IMG/VR virus record: IMGVR_UViG_3300045988_130114
Location: 1-64,000 of that record
Length of the DNA stretch: 64,000 nucleotides
Direction: 5' to 3' (one strand)
From: a virus
Positions 44,101 to 53,869 of the stretch are shown here, one piece after another. The position numbers were made by a program, and so were the translations under genes. The stretch's first letter is position 1. Each line of letters starts with the position of its first letter. The notes below the pieces were generated by a model. The model did not search any database, had not been told where the DNA came from, and worked only from the letters and a program-made list of their open reading frames with translations.

Positions 44101-45258
44101 ATTGCCGGATTATTCGGTTTTGGTGGTGCTGACTATTCTCGTTACAATGAAATGGTTGATGAGTATAACAAGTTAAATGAAATATGGGATGAGTTAATTG
44201 ATAAGAAAAAAGAATACATAGATATGTCTTATGGTGATGAAGCGCGTAAAGCAGGAGAGGAAGCCATAGACCTAATTGGAAAGAAACTACAAAGCAATAT
44301 AGAACTAGGTATAGAAAGGCTAAATAGTGGTGCTTCTGCAGGTTCTCATTCTATTGGAGTGAGAATTCGTAAAAGTATGAGCAATGAGGGGTGGAGACAA
44401 TGGGATGAATTTGCTCAATCAATAGGGATAGATCCAGATGCCATTGGCGGAAGGTTAACAGGTTTGTTCAGTTTGACGGCAGAACAATTATCTAAATTGC
44501 AAGAGGATGCTCCTACTTTCTGGGCTAAATTGGATGACGATGTAAAGGGATATTTGCAGGATATAATCGACTGCAACGATGAAATTGAAAATATGAAAGA
44601 GCAACTGAAAGAAACTATGACCGGTGTCTCTTTTGATTCTTTTTATGACAATTTCGTGTCTACTTTATCCGACATGGATAAGGATAGTAAGGATTTTGCA
44701 GATGATTTTGAGAATTATCTTAAAAATGCAATACTTTCTAATCTTATAGCTAATAAGTATAGAAATAAGATAGAGGCCTTGTATGATGACTGGGCGAATA
44801 AATCTGACAGCAATGGAGATGGTATTTTTGATTTAACATCTTCAGAAGCGGATGAGTTGAGAAAAGCGCAACAAGCGTTGGCTGAAGAGATGATCGCAGA
44901 ACGTGATGCTATGGCAGAAGTTTTTGGGTGGACATCTTCTGCTTCTTCTCAGGAATCTTCCAAGAAAGGATTTGCTACAATGTCGCAAGATTCTGCAGAT
45001 GAGTTGAATGGTCGTTTCACAGCCCTTCAGATCGCTGGTGAAGAAATCAAGAATCAAATGATAGCTGTCGTTATGGGGATAAACTCTCTCACAAGTATAT
45101 CGTCTGTTGGAAATGAAGTGCTCAACAACATTTTAACCCAGCATGTCATAACAAATAGTTATTTAGATGATATTGCCAAATATACGAAATTGCTAAATGA
45201 TATAAAGACTGATATATCCGAAGTAAGAATTAATACTAAAGGACTCTCTACTCGCTAA
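41170..45258 (+). CDS. tail tape measure protein
   Basis: 1362 aa; N-terminal TMP core (TTPFDLQGVANGAKQLLAYG...GRLYTQDLNQFTGRGIPM), long coiled-coil centre, hydrophobic segments. Confidence 0.95.
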   Translation: MAGLHFDITGDNSNFIRKLHECENGVRNTSKQIEQSGLSIEDLFNRMTKAAAAFGAGFTAKELISNIAQVRGEFQQLEVAFKTMLGSEDKANALMQQLVKTAATTPFDLQGVANGAKQLLAYGENVENVNDDLIRLGNIAAGLSQPLGDIVYLYGTTMTQGRLYTQDLNQFTGRGIPMIRELAKQFNVAENKVKGLVEAGKVGFPEVQKVIMSLTNEGGTFYNLMQEQSKTITGQISNIEDAIATMFNEIGKANEGIINDALSGVSYLVENYEKVGRVLLEIVGTYGAYRTALMVTSSLQALQASGIMALTAKEAAHYGWLVLTKKAQDALNLSMLKNPYVLAAAAVAGLAYGIYKLATAETETERAVRKTNEALEAQKNHYESIKNKASELSNTLSNESKSTEERFIAYRQLQRLMPEVFQNMDWETAKRKTNAELIKLETDELLRRQRIGLKTKVVMSQQKIQGLENSIIKTDNRGGYTGALKEDLSAARKELEIYTKALDDFEKADEQAKKDANKPTVYNKEYWEGKKKEAEDARNTLDVSKKNSDEWNKYTKQIQEAQKQIDKYSDSKTINNYNSIIDQQKKISELLDKQTTERKRKEQDLENQLTQSRIDAMAEGEAKIRAQRELDNKKEIQDLERQREDYIRTEIELQRKAFDEQENLRAKQTKYYKKRTFDPSTVKVDTAAFDKILNNTILRQDIYPYQEEMKYWNEYLKEYGTFQQKKAAINEEYNFKISEATTKGAKKSLEKEKENKLKEVSFEELKSSINFANIFGNLDAQSTEALVKMRDNLKEVINKAAKDIKPTDLKALQDAFKEIDLKITVRNPLGELKNSADNYRNATSAVIKAQEDLNTVIQGGEVITKVYTDENGKLTTRLLTLTQAENNLAAAQSNRQQALSKLTQAANSIGQKGMEVVNAGNDVVGMLENFGVKVPEAISKTLDGIGQVMSGLERIDLTKPFSAITGAVSVLAGVGNTIAGLFGFGGADYSRYNEMVDEYNKLNEIWDELIDKKKEYIDMSYGDEARKAGEEAIDLIGKKLQSNIELGIERLNSGASAGSHSIGVRIRKSMSNEGWRQWDEFAQSIGIDPDAIGGRLTGLFSLTAEQLSKLQEDAPTFWAKLDDDVKGYLQDIIDCNDEIENMKEQLKETMTGVSFDSFYDNFVSTLSDMDKDSKDFADDFENYLKNAILSNLIANKYRNKIEALYDDWANKSDSNGDGIFDLTSSEADELRKAQQALAEEMIAERDAMAEVFGWTSSASSQESSKKGFATMSQDSADELNGRFTALQIAGEEIKNQMIAVVMGINSLTSISSVGNEVLNNILTQHVITNSYLDDIAKYTKLLNDIKTDISEVRINTKGLSTR

Positions 45259-45283
45259 TTCTAAACTGTAAAATATATATAAT

Positions 45284-45709
45284 ATGCCCAAAGGTGAACT
45301 TTTTATAAACAATAAAGATTCCTATGATAATTGGGGAATCAGTATGGATACATCTTCTTTATCAGCATTGATGACTCCTCCTCCTAATAAAGAGTTTATA
45401 GAGAATAAATCAAGACTAGAACATGGCAAGCGTGTAATAGCCGCTACCCCAAAAGTAGATGAGCGTAGTCTCACCTTAACCATTAATCTCACTGCTAAAA
45501 ATGAAGATGAGTTTTTTGAAAAGTATGATAGCTTCTGTCAGGAATTGGCTACTGGTGTATTAAATATTAGGTCTAAATATCAGCCTAATATAGTTTATCG
45601 CACAATATATCTTTCATGCAATCAATTTACTCAGTTTATGAGGGGAATCGCCCACTTTTCATTAAAGATAGTAGAACCTAATCCTATGGATAGAAATATT
45701 AACGATTAG
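45284..45709 (+). CDS. distal tail protein-like
   Basis: Position immediately after the TMP. Confidence 0.4.
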   Translation: MPKGELFINNKDSYDNWGISMDTSSLSALMTPPPNKEFIENKSRLEHGKRVIAATPKVDERSLTLTINLTAKNEDEFFEKYDSFCQELATGVLNIRSKYQPNIVYRTIYLSCNQFTQFMRGIAHFSLKIVEPNPMDRNIND

Positions 45710-45724
45710 AATAACACTTTTAAT

Positions 45725-45743
45725 GTCATTTTTTGTATTTTTG
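45725..45743 (+). promoter_or_regulatory. late promoter motif GTCATTTTTTGTATTTTTG
   Basis: Identical 19-nt register. Confidence 0.5.
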
Positions 45744-45752
45744 TATCAAACA

Positions 45753-45770
45753 TCGTATGAAGGTATACGA
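45753..45770 (+). promoter_or_regulatory. conserved leader hairpin TCGTAT-GAAGGT-ATACGA(AAC)
   Basis: Direct reading, 5 nt before the ATG at 45776. Confidence 0.5.
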
Positions 45771-45775
45771 AACTT

Positions 45776-48415
45776 ATGATAGACATCAAAGACATATCCG
45801 GCAACATTCGTTTTTCTACTTCTATCAACGAAGGATCAAAGCGGCACTTTCTTCTGATGAAGGAAGACTATATAACTTTGAAGTTTTCTCTTGCAGATCC
45901 TATCTACTTTCAACTAGGAGATGGTATAGATAACGAAATTGGCATGTTTGAGCTTGTAGATTTGTACAAGCCCACCTATAATTCTACGAGCGGTGGTTAT
46001 GATTACGAACTCCGGCTGGACGCCTACTACTGGAAGTGGAAAAACAAGAAGTTTTTCTATACTCCGGAGAGTACCGGTCGCGAGGCGAGCTGGAACCTGA
46101 CAGCCACTCTTGACGTTCATCTTAAAGTCTTCCTTGATAACCTGAAATCACTCGGATACAAATATAGAGAAGAGGATTTTAAATATGAGATTGATACTAC
46201 AGTTGAAAACACCTCCAAGCTCGTTTCATATGATAGCGTAAACCTGATTGATGCTCTTACCCAAATGGCGGAGACATGGGAGTGTGAATGGTGGATAACT
46301 GATAAGACAATTCATTTCGGACGTTGCGAATACAGCTCTCCCGTAGATTTCAAGGCCGGAGATTTGACAGATACTGAGGATGTAAACGTAAGCTCCATGC
46401 AATGTAGCGATAGTCAGACGGTTTTCGCTACTCGTGTTTATGCCTTTGGTTCAACGCGAAACATTCCTTCTACTTACCGTAAGAATCTTATTTTTGATGT
46501 CAAGCAGGCAAACGGTAGGGAAATATCCGATACGGCAAGACCGCTTGATGTAAAGTATTTCCCAAGTCGCGTCGTTCACAAAGAAGAGTATTCGGTAAAG
46601 GAAAGTATAGGTAGTGGCAGTTTTACTGCTTCTTATGTAGAATGGACGCATGACACTGATATCGTAGCTTCGTTACCTGCAGGGGATTATAAGGTTTCAT
46701 CAGGAGATGGCATATCAATTAATGTATCCACAGTTATTCCTTCAATCGGATCAGGACGTTCTTTTCTTCCTGCCGGTGATTATGTTTTGAGGGCATCTTA
46801 TGTCTATAAATTATCTGGTGTAACTAAAGAAGTTTCTATAGGTAATCAAACGGTTACCTTATCCCAAGAGCAGCAGTACGAAGTCTCTGCTGTGTTTGCT
46901 GTCGCTTCTTCTTTGCAGATTGAAGGAAATGCTACTGATTTAAAGATCAGGATATACGCACATGTCCCATCCCGTGAATCCTCTATTCTGAATGATTCTT
47001 TCTCGGCTTATGTTTCGTATGATATAACTCTATTCAAAGGATCGTCAGCAGATGCTACAGTGACCTTTCTTTCCGGACTAAATTCGGGCAAGACATTCTC
47101 CTGTGTATATAATCCGGACCATTTAATCGGTGATTCCGCTAACGTAATACAATTACCTAGCGGAGTAACGGCCTCGCTCGGTGATAGATATACAATTGAC
47201 AACATCATTAAGGGAAAGGTGCCTGACAGCTACTTTAGTAAAGATGACAAGGAGCTTACTTTAAATGGTGTGGTCCAGAAACGTCTTATGCTCCCGGAGG
47301 AAGTTCCTTATGTGGATGCTTACCGTTATAGTCCTATAGGAGAACGTATATACATTGGTGAAACTCATTATGATGACAATAATAATGTGGAGATGTCGCA
47401 GGAAGAAGCTGTAGAGGGAATTGTCATCTTTGAAGATGAACATCCCAAATATGTCGGCACATTATCAAATGTAACATACCGGGAGGAAGATGAACTTGAC
47501 GAGGACGACAATCCAACCGGAGACAAGTATCGTATCTATACGTTCAAGGATGCAGGGTTGAAGAATTTTACAAATGACTTCCGGCTGGACGGAGAAAGTT
47601 TCCGCTTGACCTTTCAGACGGGCAAACTCGCCGGCCTGGACTTTGAGTTACTTCTGCAGGAGAGTGATGATTCCGGTGCCACTTTCGAAATTGTGCGTAA
47701 TGAGGATTACGGCCGTTACCTTCCTGATGACATTTTGTTTCCTGCTGATTCTGACACATATGTTCTTTATGGTTTTGATACGGCTTATGTCTCAGAAGAA
47801 TTGATTCCGGAGGCCGAAGATGAGTTATTGAAAAAGGCAAAAGACTATGTAAAGAAGTCTATGATTGATCCTTCCACCTACGACTGTGATATGGACCCTG
47901 AGTTCATCTATAATAATGGGAATGTTATCACCTATGAGGTGGGAGACAAAGTAAACTTGATCAATAAGGCTTTCTTTCCTAAAAGCAGACAATCCAGAAT
48001 AATTGGTTTTGAGTGGCCGCTGGATATTCCTTACGATCATCCAATTTATACGGTTGGAGAGACTGCCTCATATTCGCGTATAGGCGAGATAGAGAGCAAA
48101 CTTGATTCTCTTACATACAAGGGACAGGCATATACCGGTTCTGTGTCAGGAAGTGGAGGAACGAGTATATATCTCATTGGTTTGAATGACAAGACTGTTC
48201 CTACGGATCGCAATACATTTTCGGCAAAAAGAATTATTGATGAGATTGAACGTCGCTCCCTTAGCAGCATTGAAGATGACAAAGCAGAAGGATTGATAAC
48301 TTTCGGTAAGGGATTTGTGTCGGAAGGATTTTCTGCAGCTAACGGTGGCCTTGTAGTTCGTGGCGGAGAATTGATAGAAGAAGTTGAAGATTCATTGATT
48401 GAAGAATTAGAATAA
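45776..48415 (+). CDS. tail tip / baseplate hub protein (Tal-like, putative)
   Basis: 879 aa, second gene after the TMP. Confidence 0.5.
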   Translation: MIDIKDISGNIRFSTSINEGSKRHFLLMKEDYITLKFSLADPIYFQLGDGIDNEIGMFELVDLYKPTYNSTSGGYDYELRLDAYYWKWKNKKFFYTPESTGREASWNLTATLDVHLKVFLDNLKSLGYKYREEDFKYEIDTTVENTSKLVSYDSVNLIDALTQMAETWECEWWITDKTIHFGRCEYSSPVDFKAGDLTDTEDVNVSSMQCSDSQTVFATRVYAFGSTRNIPSTYRKNLIFDVKQANGREISDTARPLDVKYFPSRVVHKEEYSVKESIGSGSFTASYVEWTHDTDIVASLPAGDYKVSSGDGISINVSTVIPSIGSGRSFLPAGDYVLRASYVYKLSGVTKEVSIGNQTVTLSQEQQYEVSAVFAVASSLQIEGNATDLKIRIYAHVPSRESSILNDSFSAYVSYDITLFKGSSADATVTFLSGLNSGKTFSCVYNPDHLIGDSANVIQLPSGVTASLGDRYTIDNIIKGKVPDSYFSKDDKELTLNGVVQKRLMLPEEVPYVDAYRYSPIGERIYIGETHYDDNNNVEMSQEEAVEGIVIFEDEHPKYVGTLSNVTYREEDELDEDDNPTGDKYRIYTFKDAGLKNFTNDFRLDGESFRLTFQTGKLAGLDFELLLQESDDSGATFEIVRNEDYGRYLPDDILFPADSDTYVLYGFDTAYVSEELIPEAEDELLKKAKDYVKKSMIDPSTYDCDMDPEFIYNNGNVITYEVGDKVNLINKAFFPKSRQSRIIGFEWPLDIPYDHPIYTVGETASYSRIGEIESKLDSLTYKGQAYTGSVSGSGGTSIYLIGLNDKTVPTDRNTFSAKRIIDEIERRSLSSIEDDKAEGLITFGKGFVSEGFSAANGGLVVRGGELIEEVEDSLIEELE

Positions 48416-48416
48416 T

Positions 48417-51400
48417 ATGGCAATACTAAGTAACGGTAAGTTCTACGGATTTCTTTGTTCTGTGAAAGCGACAGGACGTAAGTTGTCGAACGGCGTAAAG
48501 GAATACGTCGAAGACTTCGTGTCCGGATTTGCCGGTCATGGATGGAAGCTGTGGGAGTATATCAAGGGCAAATGGAAGCTGGAGATAGACAGTCTTGTTG
48601 TTCGCGAGACAATGGTCGTTTTTGAGCTTCTTATTCAGAAGATCCGCGCGGTGAAGGGTGCACTGGGTATCACTCAGGCATGCGGCCGTATAAAGACTGC
48701 CACGCTGGATGAGTCCGGACAAAACTGGCTGGTCACCATAGAGGATGAGATGTCTTTTGTCGCACACGATTTCATCCGGTGCCAGGATTGGACGAATGGT
48801 ACCCTTAAAGGCTATTGGGTCGAGATATCCGAAATACGCAAGATTGACGGTGTTGATACAATCGTCATACCTGTCAGTGAGTTCACCGGCGGTATAGGTT
48901 ACACAGACGGCATGGAGGCTGTTGATCCGGCATTGTCGGGTATGACTACTCCGGCTGTCAGTGATGAGATTGTCCAGTTCGGTAACTCGAAGGATGTAAA
49001 TCGTCAGAGTGCGATCTATCTGCATGCCGATGAAGGTGGACAGCCTGCAATCGATATTCTGTTTGGTATCAACAGCAAAAGTTTTGCCGGTTGTACGAAA
49101 ATCCGTATGGGCGGTGATATTCCCGGAACAGACGGGCTTAAGGGTTTCTATTGCGAAAATGGTATGATCAAAGGTACAGACTCTAAAGGGCATGTCGTTT
49201 ACTGTATCTATCCGGACGGTACTGCTGAGTTTGGAGACGGATCAGCCCGATTTGCTACAGATAGATCAGGTCACATAGCCGGAGGTGCCATTTCGTGGTA
49301 TTGGGACGCATCGAAAAAAAAATATGTGTGCTCCATGAAGGGAGTGGTTCTAACGTGGGATAATCTGGACGAGGAAGCAAAGGAGAATCTAAAGGGCGAA
49401 CCGGGTAAAGATGGACAGCCCGGTACGGATGGCAAACCGGGTACTGACGGTAAAGACGGTACAAGCCTCATTTTTATGGGGGAATTCTCTTCTGCTCCGG
49501 CAAATCCTCAGAACGGATACTGGTATCGTAATACTACCGACAAGAAATGCTACGTATACCAGGATGGCGCATGGTATGTGATGACTGAGGATGGAAAGAA
49601 TGGTCTTGACGGCGAAGGAAGTATTTCTGCTGATCTTGACGATGAAATGCAGTCTGTAGCTTGCTCTCTGGACGGGACAGTGGTATTCGGTTTGCCCATC
49701 ACAACAACATTCTCTATGTTCTACGGAACAACCGAGCTTCCTCTTGATTCTCTTTCTGTAGGTAGCATTACAGGCGTGACAGCAACGGCTGATCGTAGCA
49801 CGGGGATAGTTAAGGTTACAGCTATTACTGCTACGGTGGCTGATGTAATTCGTATACCCATAACGGGACGGGTAACATACAAAGGTTCTCAATATGAACG
49901 TACCCTGCATTTATCGATAAACAAAGTGAAGCCGGGGGAGAATGGAGAGAATGGGACCGACGGAACAAATGGTCAGAACGCGGTCATTTACTCGCTTCAG
50001 CCATCGACCAATATCATAAAGAGAGATGCTGACGGGAACAGTGATGTCTCGAATATATCCTGCCGGGTAATGAAGACCGACGGAGCTTCTACTGTCGTAT
50101 CCTCTCTGCCGGTTGGCTACTCAATGGATTATATTATAGACTCAGGGAATGCGACTAGCTATACTCCGGATAAGCAAATATCCGTCTCCGGGATAACAGA
50201 TAAGATACAGTTCCGGCTTTACAATGAAACATCGGGAGTAGTACTGATCGACCGCGAAACGATTGCTGTTGTCTCAGACGGGAAGAAGGGGCTTGACGGT
50301 ATAAATGGTGAAGATGGTAAAGACGGGCTCAGTATTACGTGGAAAGGGGATTTATCAAGCGCTCCTGCCAATCCTCAAAAAAACTGGGCTTATCGCAATA
50401 CCAGTAATGGTATCGTCTATATCTATAACGGCACCGCTTGGGAGTTGATGGTTGCGGACGGTCAGGACGGAACAGATGGTACTGACGGCACGGATGGCCT
50501 GAGTGTTTTCATTACATACCATGACAGCGAAGATGAGCCATCCCGTCCGACCGGAAGCGGGACAAGCGGAGGATGGCATACTAACGCTACAAAAGATGTT
50601 GTCTGGATTTCTCAGAAGGTCGCTTCAAGCGCTTCTTCCGGCACATGGGGTGATCCTATACGATTCAAGGGATTGCCGGGAAAATATACGGAACTACGGT
50701 ATAAGTATGCTTTCGGAAAGCCTGCTACGCCTACCGGTACAAATCCGGCAGGATGGTCCCTTTCTCCGGATCGGGAGGATATTACCTTCTCGTATTCGGG
50801 TAACTTTACAAAAGACGGTGATTACTATGTCTCTCCATCTCCTACATCTCATTCCTCGACATACAAGCAAAGGGTGTCATTTACGACAAGAAGAGCTAAT
50901 CAGATGATACATATAGAGATTGATGTATCATCCGAGCAGAACTACGACAAAGGTATCGTAGAAGCCCTTGATACATCATATAGCAGTTCCAACGAACATG
51001 CCTGGGAGGGAAGTGGAGTAACCAATGCGGTGGTGGATATTGCAGTGCCTACAGCCGGCAGTCACTTTGTTGAAATTGTATACACGAAAGACAGCAGCAC
51101 AAGTAATAACGAGGACAGAGTCAAGTTCCGTATGCTCGATCCTACTACCTGTTGGTATTCCACCGCAGTGATTGATAGTAAAACAACTCCTTCCTGGAGC
51201 GAACCTGTCATATTCCCAACGGACTCCAAGACCGAGGAGCAGGTTTACCTGCTTGCAAAGTCTAAGCGTAATGTTATTGACCTCCCGACATCCAACGAAT
51301 ACGTTAACGAATACATTGGTGATGCTTCTGAATACAGTAGCTCAAAATTCTATTCGGCAGGTAACATAGTAAAATACAATAATGTATACAAGGTAGCTAT

Positions 51401-52631
51401 TCAGGCGCATTCGGGGATTGCTCCGACCAATGAAGCATACTGGGAAGATGTGCTATGGTGGGTGGATAATCCTCGTGGCGCATCGGAAACTTATCCTTAT
51501 GAGTACACTTGTGAACGTACTCTACAGGATGGAAAGTGGGGAGAGTATAAGAATTATCACCTGTTTGGGCATTACGGGAAGGACGGCGAACCGGGAGAGG
51601 ATGCAAATCTCCTTCCCTGGGTAGAAGATTGGAACAATAATAAAACAGAAATAGGTGGAGAATACCTTATTTCACCTAAGATATTTTCTGGAACCAAGGA
51701 TAGCAGTGGGAAACTGACCGGTATTGCATTAGGAAGAGATTGTATTACAGTCGATGGAGAGAAAAGAACGGGAATCTTTGCTCTTGTGGGTGGAAATATT
51801 GTATTTAAACTTGACCCAATATCCGAAGAGTATGAGTTTCAGGGTAGTGTGGTGGCAGATTCAATTACAATGAAAGATTTTGCACATCTTTCACAGGCTA
51901 TATTTAAAGGAGACTTTATGTTCTCTCAACAAGGAATAGATGCTGATGGGAATCCAACCTCCAATTATCAAGAATTTAATCAGGAAAATCCGCAGGGTGG
52001 GAATTTTAAACCTAATCTGGCATTCAATCTTAAAACAGGGGATCAATATTCGAATGGGGGACATGTATATGGATTTGCGACCAATACTCCTATACAAGCT
52101 AATGGTACTTCAGTAGATCCCGACAAGGTTGCTTACAGTAAAGTGAACATATTATTTAGCGGAACTTCTTCCTTGCGTTTGCCTAATGATAAGAAGTTTG
52201 ATGGAGTTGAATTCACAATTGTAAGTACTGCTTCCCGATCATTTGATGGTAGTGCAAATATTTATAGGGAAGGTGGAGGAGATACTAATTACTCAGCTAC
52301 AGGTATACACTACAAAGGTGTAGAAATTAGGACGTGCTATATGAGATCGGAAGGGTCATTTATAAGGTTGATCGCTCATTGGAACGGTTCTAAATTAAAA
52401 TATTACGTAGTCGGTCATAGTGATAATTTTGTCATGATTGAGCCTATTTTAAACACTCAAGGAGCAAGTGCAACACTGGGTATATGGTTTGTAGATCGAG
52501 TTTATACATCAAGTACTAGCATGCGAGTCTATTATAACGATATTAATTTATTCTTATTTATGCTCAACGTGTATAGTGGAAAAGACGCTCCTAATACTGG
52601 TGGTTTAAACTTTACTTCTCCAAGTAGTTGA
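48417..52631 (+). CDS. large tail fibre with collagen-like G-X-Y segments
   Basis: 1404 aa; five G-X-Y runs; repeated SAPANPQ..W.YRNT..Y.Y.G..W module. Confidence 0.85.
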   Translation: MAILSNGKFYGFLCSVKATGRKLSNGVKEYVEDFVSGFAGHGWKLWEYIKGKWKLEIDSLVVRETMVVFELLIQKIRAVKGALGITQACGRIKTATLDESGQNWLVTIEDEMSFVAHDFIRCQDWTNGTLKGYWVEISEIRKIDGVDTIVIPVSEFTGGIGYTDGMEAVDPALSGMTTPAVSDEIVQFGNSKDVNRQSAIYLHADEGGQPAIDILFGINSKSFAGCTKIRMGGDIPGTDGLKGFYCENGMIKGTDSKGHVVYCIYPDGTAEFGDGSARFATDRSGHIAGGAISWYWDASKKKYVCSMKGVVLTWDNLDEEAKENLKGEPGKDGQPGTDGKPGTDGKDGTSLIFMGEFSSAPANPQNGYWYRNTTDKKCYVYQDGAWYVMTEDGKNGLDGEGSISADLDDEMQSVACSLDGTVVFGLPITTTFSMFYGTTELPLDSLSVGSITGVTATADRSTGIVKVTAITATVADVIRIPITGRVTYKGSQYERTLHLSINKVKPGENGENGTDGTNGQNAVIYSLQPSTNIIKRDADGNSDVSNISCRVMKTDGASTVVSSLPVGYSMDYIIDSGNATSYTPDKQISVSGITDKIQFRLYNETSGVVLIDRETIAVVSDGKKGLDGINGEDGKDGLSITWKGDLSSAPANPQKNWAYRNTSNGIVYIYNGTAWELMVADGQDGTDGTDGTDGLSVFITYHDSEDEPSRPTGSGTSGGWHTNATKDVVWISQKVASSASSGTWGDPIRFKGLPGKYTELRYKYAFGKPATPTGTNPAGWSLSPDREDITFSYSGNFTKDGDYYVSPSPTSHSSTYKQRVSFTTRRANQMIHIEIDVSSEQNYDKGIVEALDTSYSSSNEHAWEGSGVTNAVVDIAVPTAGSHFVEIVYTKDSSTSNNEDRVKFRMLDPTTCWYSTAVIDSKTTPSWSEPVIFPTDSKTEEQVYLLAKSKRNVIDLPTSNEYVNEYIGDASEYSSSKFYSAGNIVKYNNVYKVAIQAHSGIAPTNEAYWEDVLWWVDNPRGASETYPYEYTCERTLQDGKWGEYKNYHLFGHYGKDGEPGEDANLLPWVEDWNNNKTEIGGEYLISPKIFSGTKDSSGKLTGIALGRDCITVDGEKRTGIFALVGGNIVFKLDPISEEYEFQGSVVADSITMKDFAHLSQAIFKGDFMFSQQGIDADGNPTSNYQEFNQENPQGGNFKPNLAFNLKTGDQYSNGGHVYGFATNTPIQANGTSVDPDKVAYSKVNILFSGTSSLRLPNDKKFDGVEFTIVSTASRSFDGSANIYREGGGDTNYSATGIHYKGVEIRTCYMRSEGSFIRLIAHWNGSKLKYYVVGHSDNFVMIEPILNTQGASATLGIWFVDRVYTSSTSMRVYYNDINLFLFMLNVYSGKDAPNTGGLNFTSPSS
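49395..49463 (+). repeat. collagen-like G-X-Y run (GEPGKDGQPGTDGKPGTDGKDGT)
   Basis: Direct translation. Confidence 0.9.
49935..49979 (+). repeat. collagen-like G-X-Y run (GENGENGTDGTNGQN)
   Basis: Direct translation. Confidence 0.85.
50289..50327 (+). repeat. collagen-like G-X-Y run (GLDGINGEDGKDG)
   Basis: Direct translation. Confidence 0.85.
50460..50498 (+). repeat. collagen-like G-X-Y run (GQDGTDGTDGTDG)
   Basis: Direct translation. Confidence 0.85.
51576..51599 (+). repeat. short collagen-like run (GKDGEPGE) at the composition break
   Basis: Direct translation. Confidence 0.7.
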
Positions 52632-52673
52632 GTTTTGTTCAATGTATAACAACAAAGAATCAAGATAATATAT

Positions 52674-52970
52674 ATGCGAGCAAAAGGTACAATAATCAAG
52701 TTGGCAATCTCCATCGACCTCCCTTCAGGACTGACGATGGATGATGTGGACTTCCAATGCCGCTTCTTTGTCTTCTCCGCCTCACAGGTGATAGAGAAGT
52801 CTCAGATGGTACGCATTAATGAGAACAGCTACAGCTGCTATGTTGACACTAAGATTATCGGATCGGGGGAAATCTGGCTGGAGACTACGGCTTACCTTCC
52901 TGATTCCGACTATGAAGGCGGAACAAGAGTAGAGGTAGATAAGATGAATACCGGTATAAAGACAGTGTAA
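52674..52970 (+). CDS. hypothetical tail-associated protein
   Basis: ORF track. Confidence 0.5.
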   Translation: MRAKGTIIKLAISIDLPSGLTMDDVDFQCRFFVFSASQVIEKSQMVRINENSYSCYVDTKIIGSGEIWLETTAYLPDSDYEGGTRVEVDKMNTGIKTV

Positions 52971-52971
52971 A

Positions 52972-53220
52972 ATGGGATGTATATCTGTACATATCGAGGC
53001 TGTCAAGGGCATTGGAAATGTCTCGGCCAAAGCTGATGAGATGAAGGTTTCCGCTTCGGCAACGGGCATGAAGGTGTCGATAGGGGTTGTCTGTGATGTT
53101 GGTAAACAGGCTTATCTAAAAGTTGACCCTGATTACATATGGCTGGTGCCTTCGAACAACTTTGAGGATAACGTCGATGTGTTGTCCAATGTGGTATGGC
53201 ATGCTGTGCAGGAAGAATGA
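52972..53220 (+). CDS. hypothetical tail-associated protein
   Basis: ORF track. Confidence 0.45.
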   Translation: MGCISVHIEAVKGIGNVSAKADEMKVSASATGMKVSIGVVCDVGKQAYLKVDPDYIWLVPSNNFEDNVDVLSNVVWHAVQEE

Positions 53221-53260
53221 TATAGTTAATTGATTTGTTTTATTTAAATTTTGTATTATT

Positions 53261-53869
53261 ATGGCAAAACCTAGTTGGTTAAAATTAAATCCGTCTACCG
53301 GATCAGGTAACGGGACAATTGCAAATAGCGCAGACGCTCACACTGGGCGTACTGCTCGTACAGGAACAGTAACGGTGACCGGTGTCGGTGTATCCACTCC
53401 TTCGACCTATAAGGTAACTCAGTCACCGAAGTCTGAGTTTGCTTCCTTTGATAATGGTTCTGAGATGTCTGCTCCTAAAACAGCAGGAACAGTGACCGTC
53501 GAGGGTAAAACAAACTCTTCGAAATTGACGTTTGCGTGGGCGGGAAGCGTAACAGATGTTACCTTGCCTGCAAAGTATAGCGCGAATGGAACGCAGATTA
53601 ACAATGCGGCTACTATTACCGGTGACCCGGGAGCTACTGCGGAATTTCCTTTCTCTATCGAGTTGGAGTTTCCTAAAAACGATACTATCGAAGAGGTCGT
53701 TAGAACCTTAAAGGTGACGGCCAATGGCGGACAGGCTGCTCAGATTGCTATCAAACAGGCTGCCGGTGATGCTACATTGTCTGTTTCTCCGGCGGAAATT
53801 ACTATTCCTCAGAGTGGATCTGCTGTATCCGTCAATGTTACGTCTAACACTTCTTGGACTGCCGCATAA
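53261..53869 (+). CDS. BACON-like Ig-domain protein (two domains)
   Basis: SWLKLNPSTGSGNGTIANSADAHTGRTARTGTVTVTG....YKVTQ and a second LSVSPAEITIPQSGSAVSVNVTSNTSW unit. Confidence 0.6.
   Translation: MAKPSWLKLNPSTGSGNGTIANSADAHTGRTARTGTVTVTGVGVSTPSTYKVTQSPKSEFASFDNGSEMSAPKTAGTVTVEGKTNSSKLTFAWAGSVTDVTLPAKYSANGTQINNAATITGDPGATAEFPFSIELEFPKNDTIEEVVRTLKVTANGGQAAQIAIKQAAGDATLSVSPAEITIPQSGSAVSVNVTSNTSWTAA

Noticed and set aside
45733-45933. 66-aa ORF overlapping the start of the 879-aa tail gene.
   Set aside because: It begins inside the promoter/leader hairpin and is out of frame with a much better supported gene starting at 45776.
48426-49910. Long minus-strand ORFs (255, 173, 69 and 66 aa) inside the tail-fibre gene. 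Similar ones occur at 37121-37663, 1378-1992 and 57720-57983.
   Set aside because: These are antisense shadows of GC-richer coding sequence with repetitive G-X-Y codons. They have no independent signals and fully overlap strongly supported genes.
49395-51599. Repetitive GGN-rich segments considered as a possible CRISPR-like or DGR variable repeat.
   Set aside because: They are in-frame collagen-like G-X-Y codons. There are no spacer-repeat periodicity, no reverse transcriptase and no template/variable repeat pair in the window.
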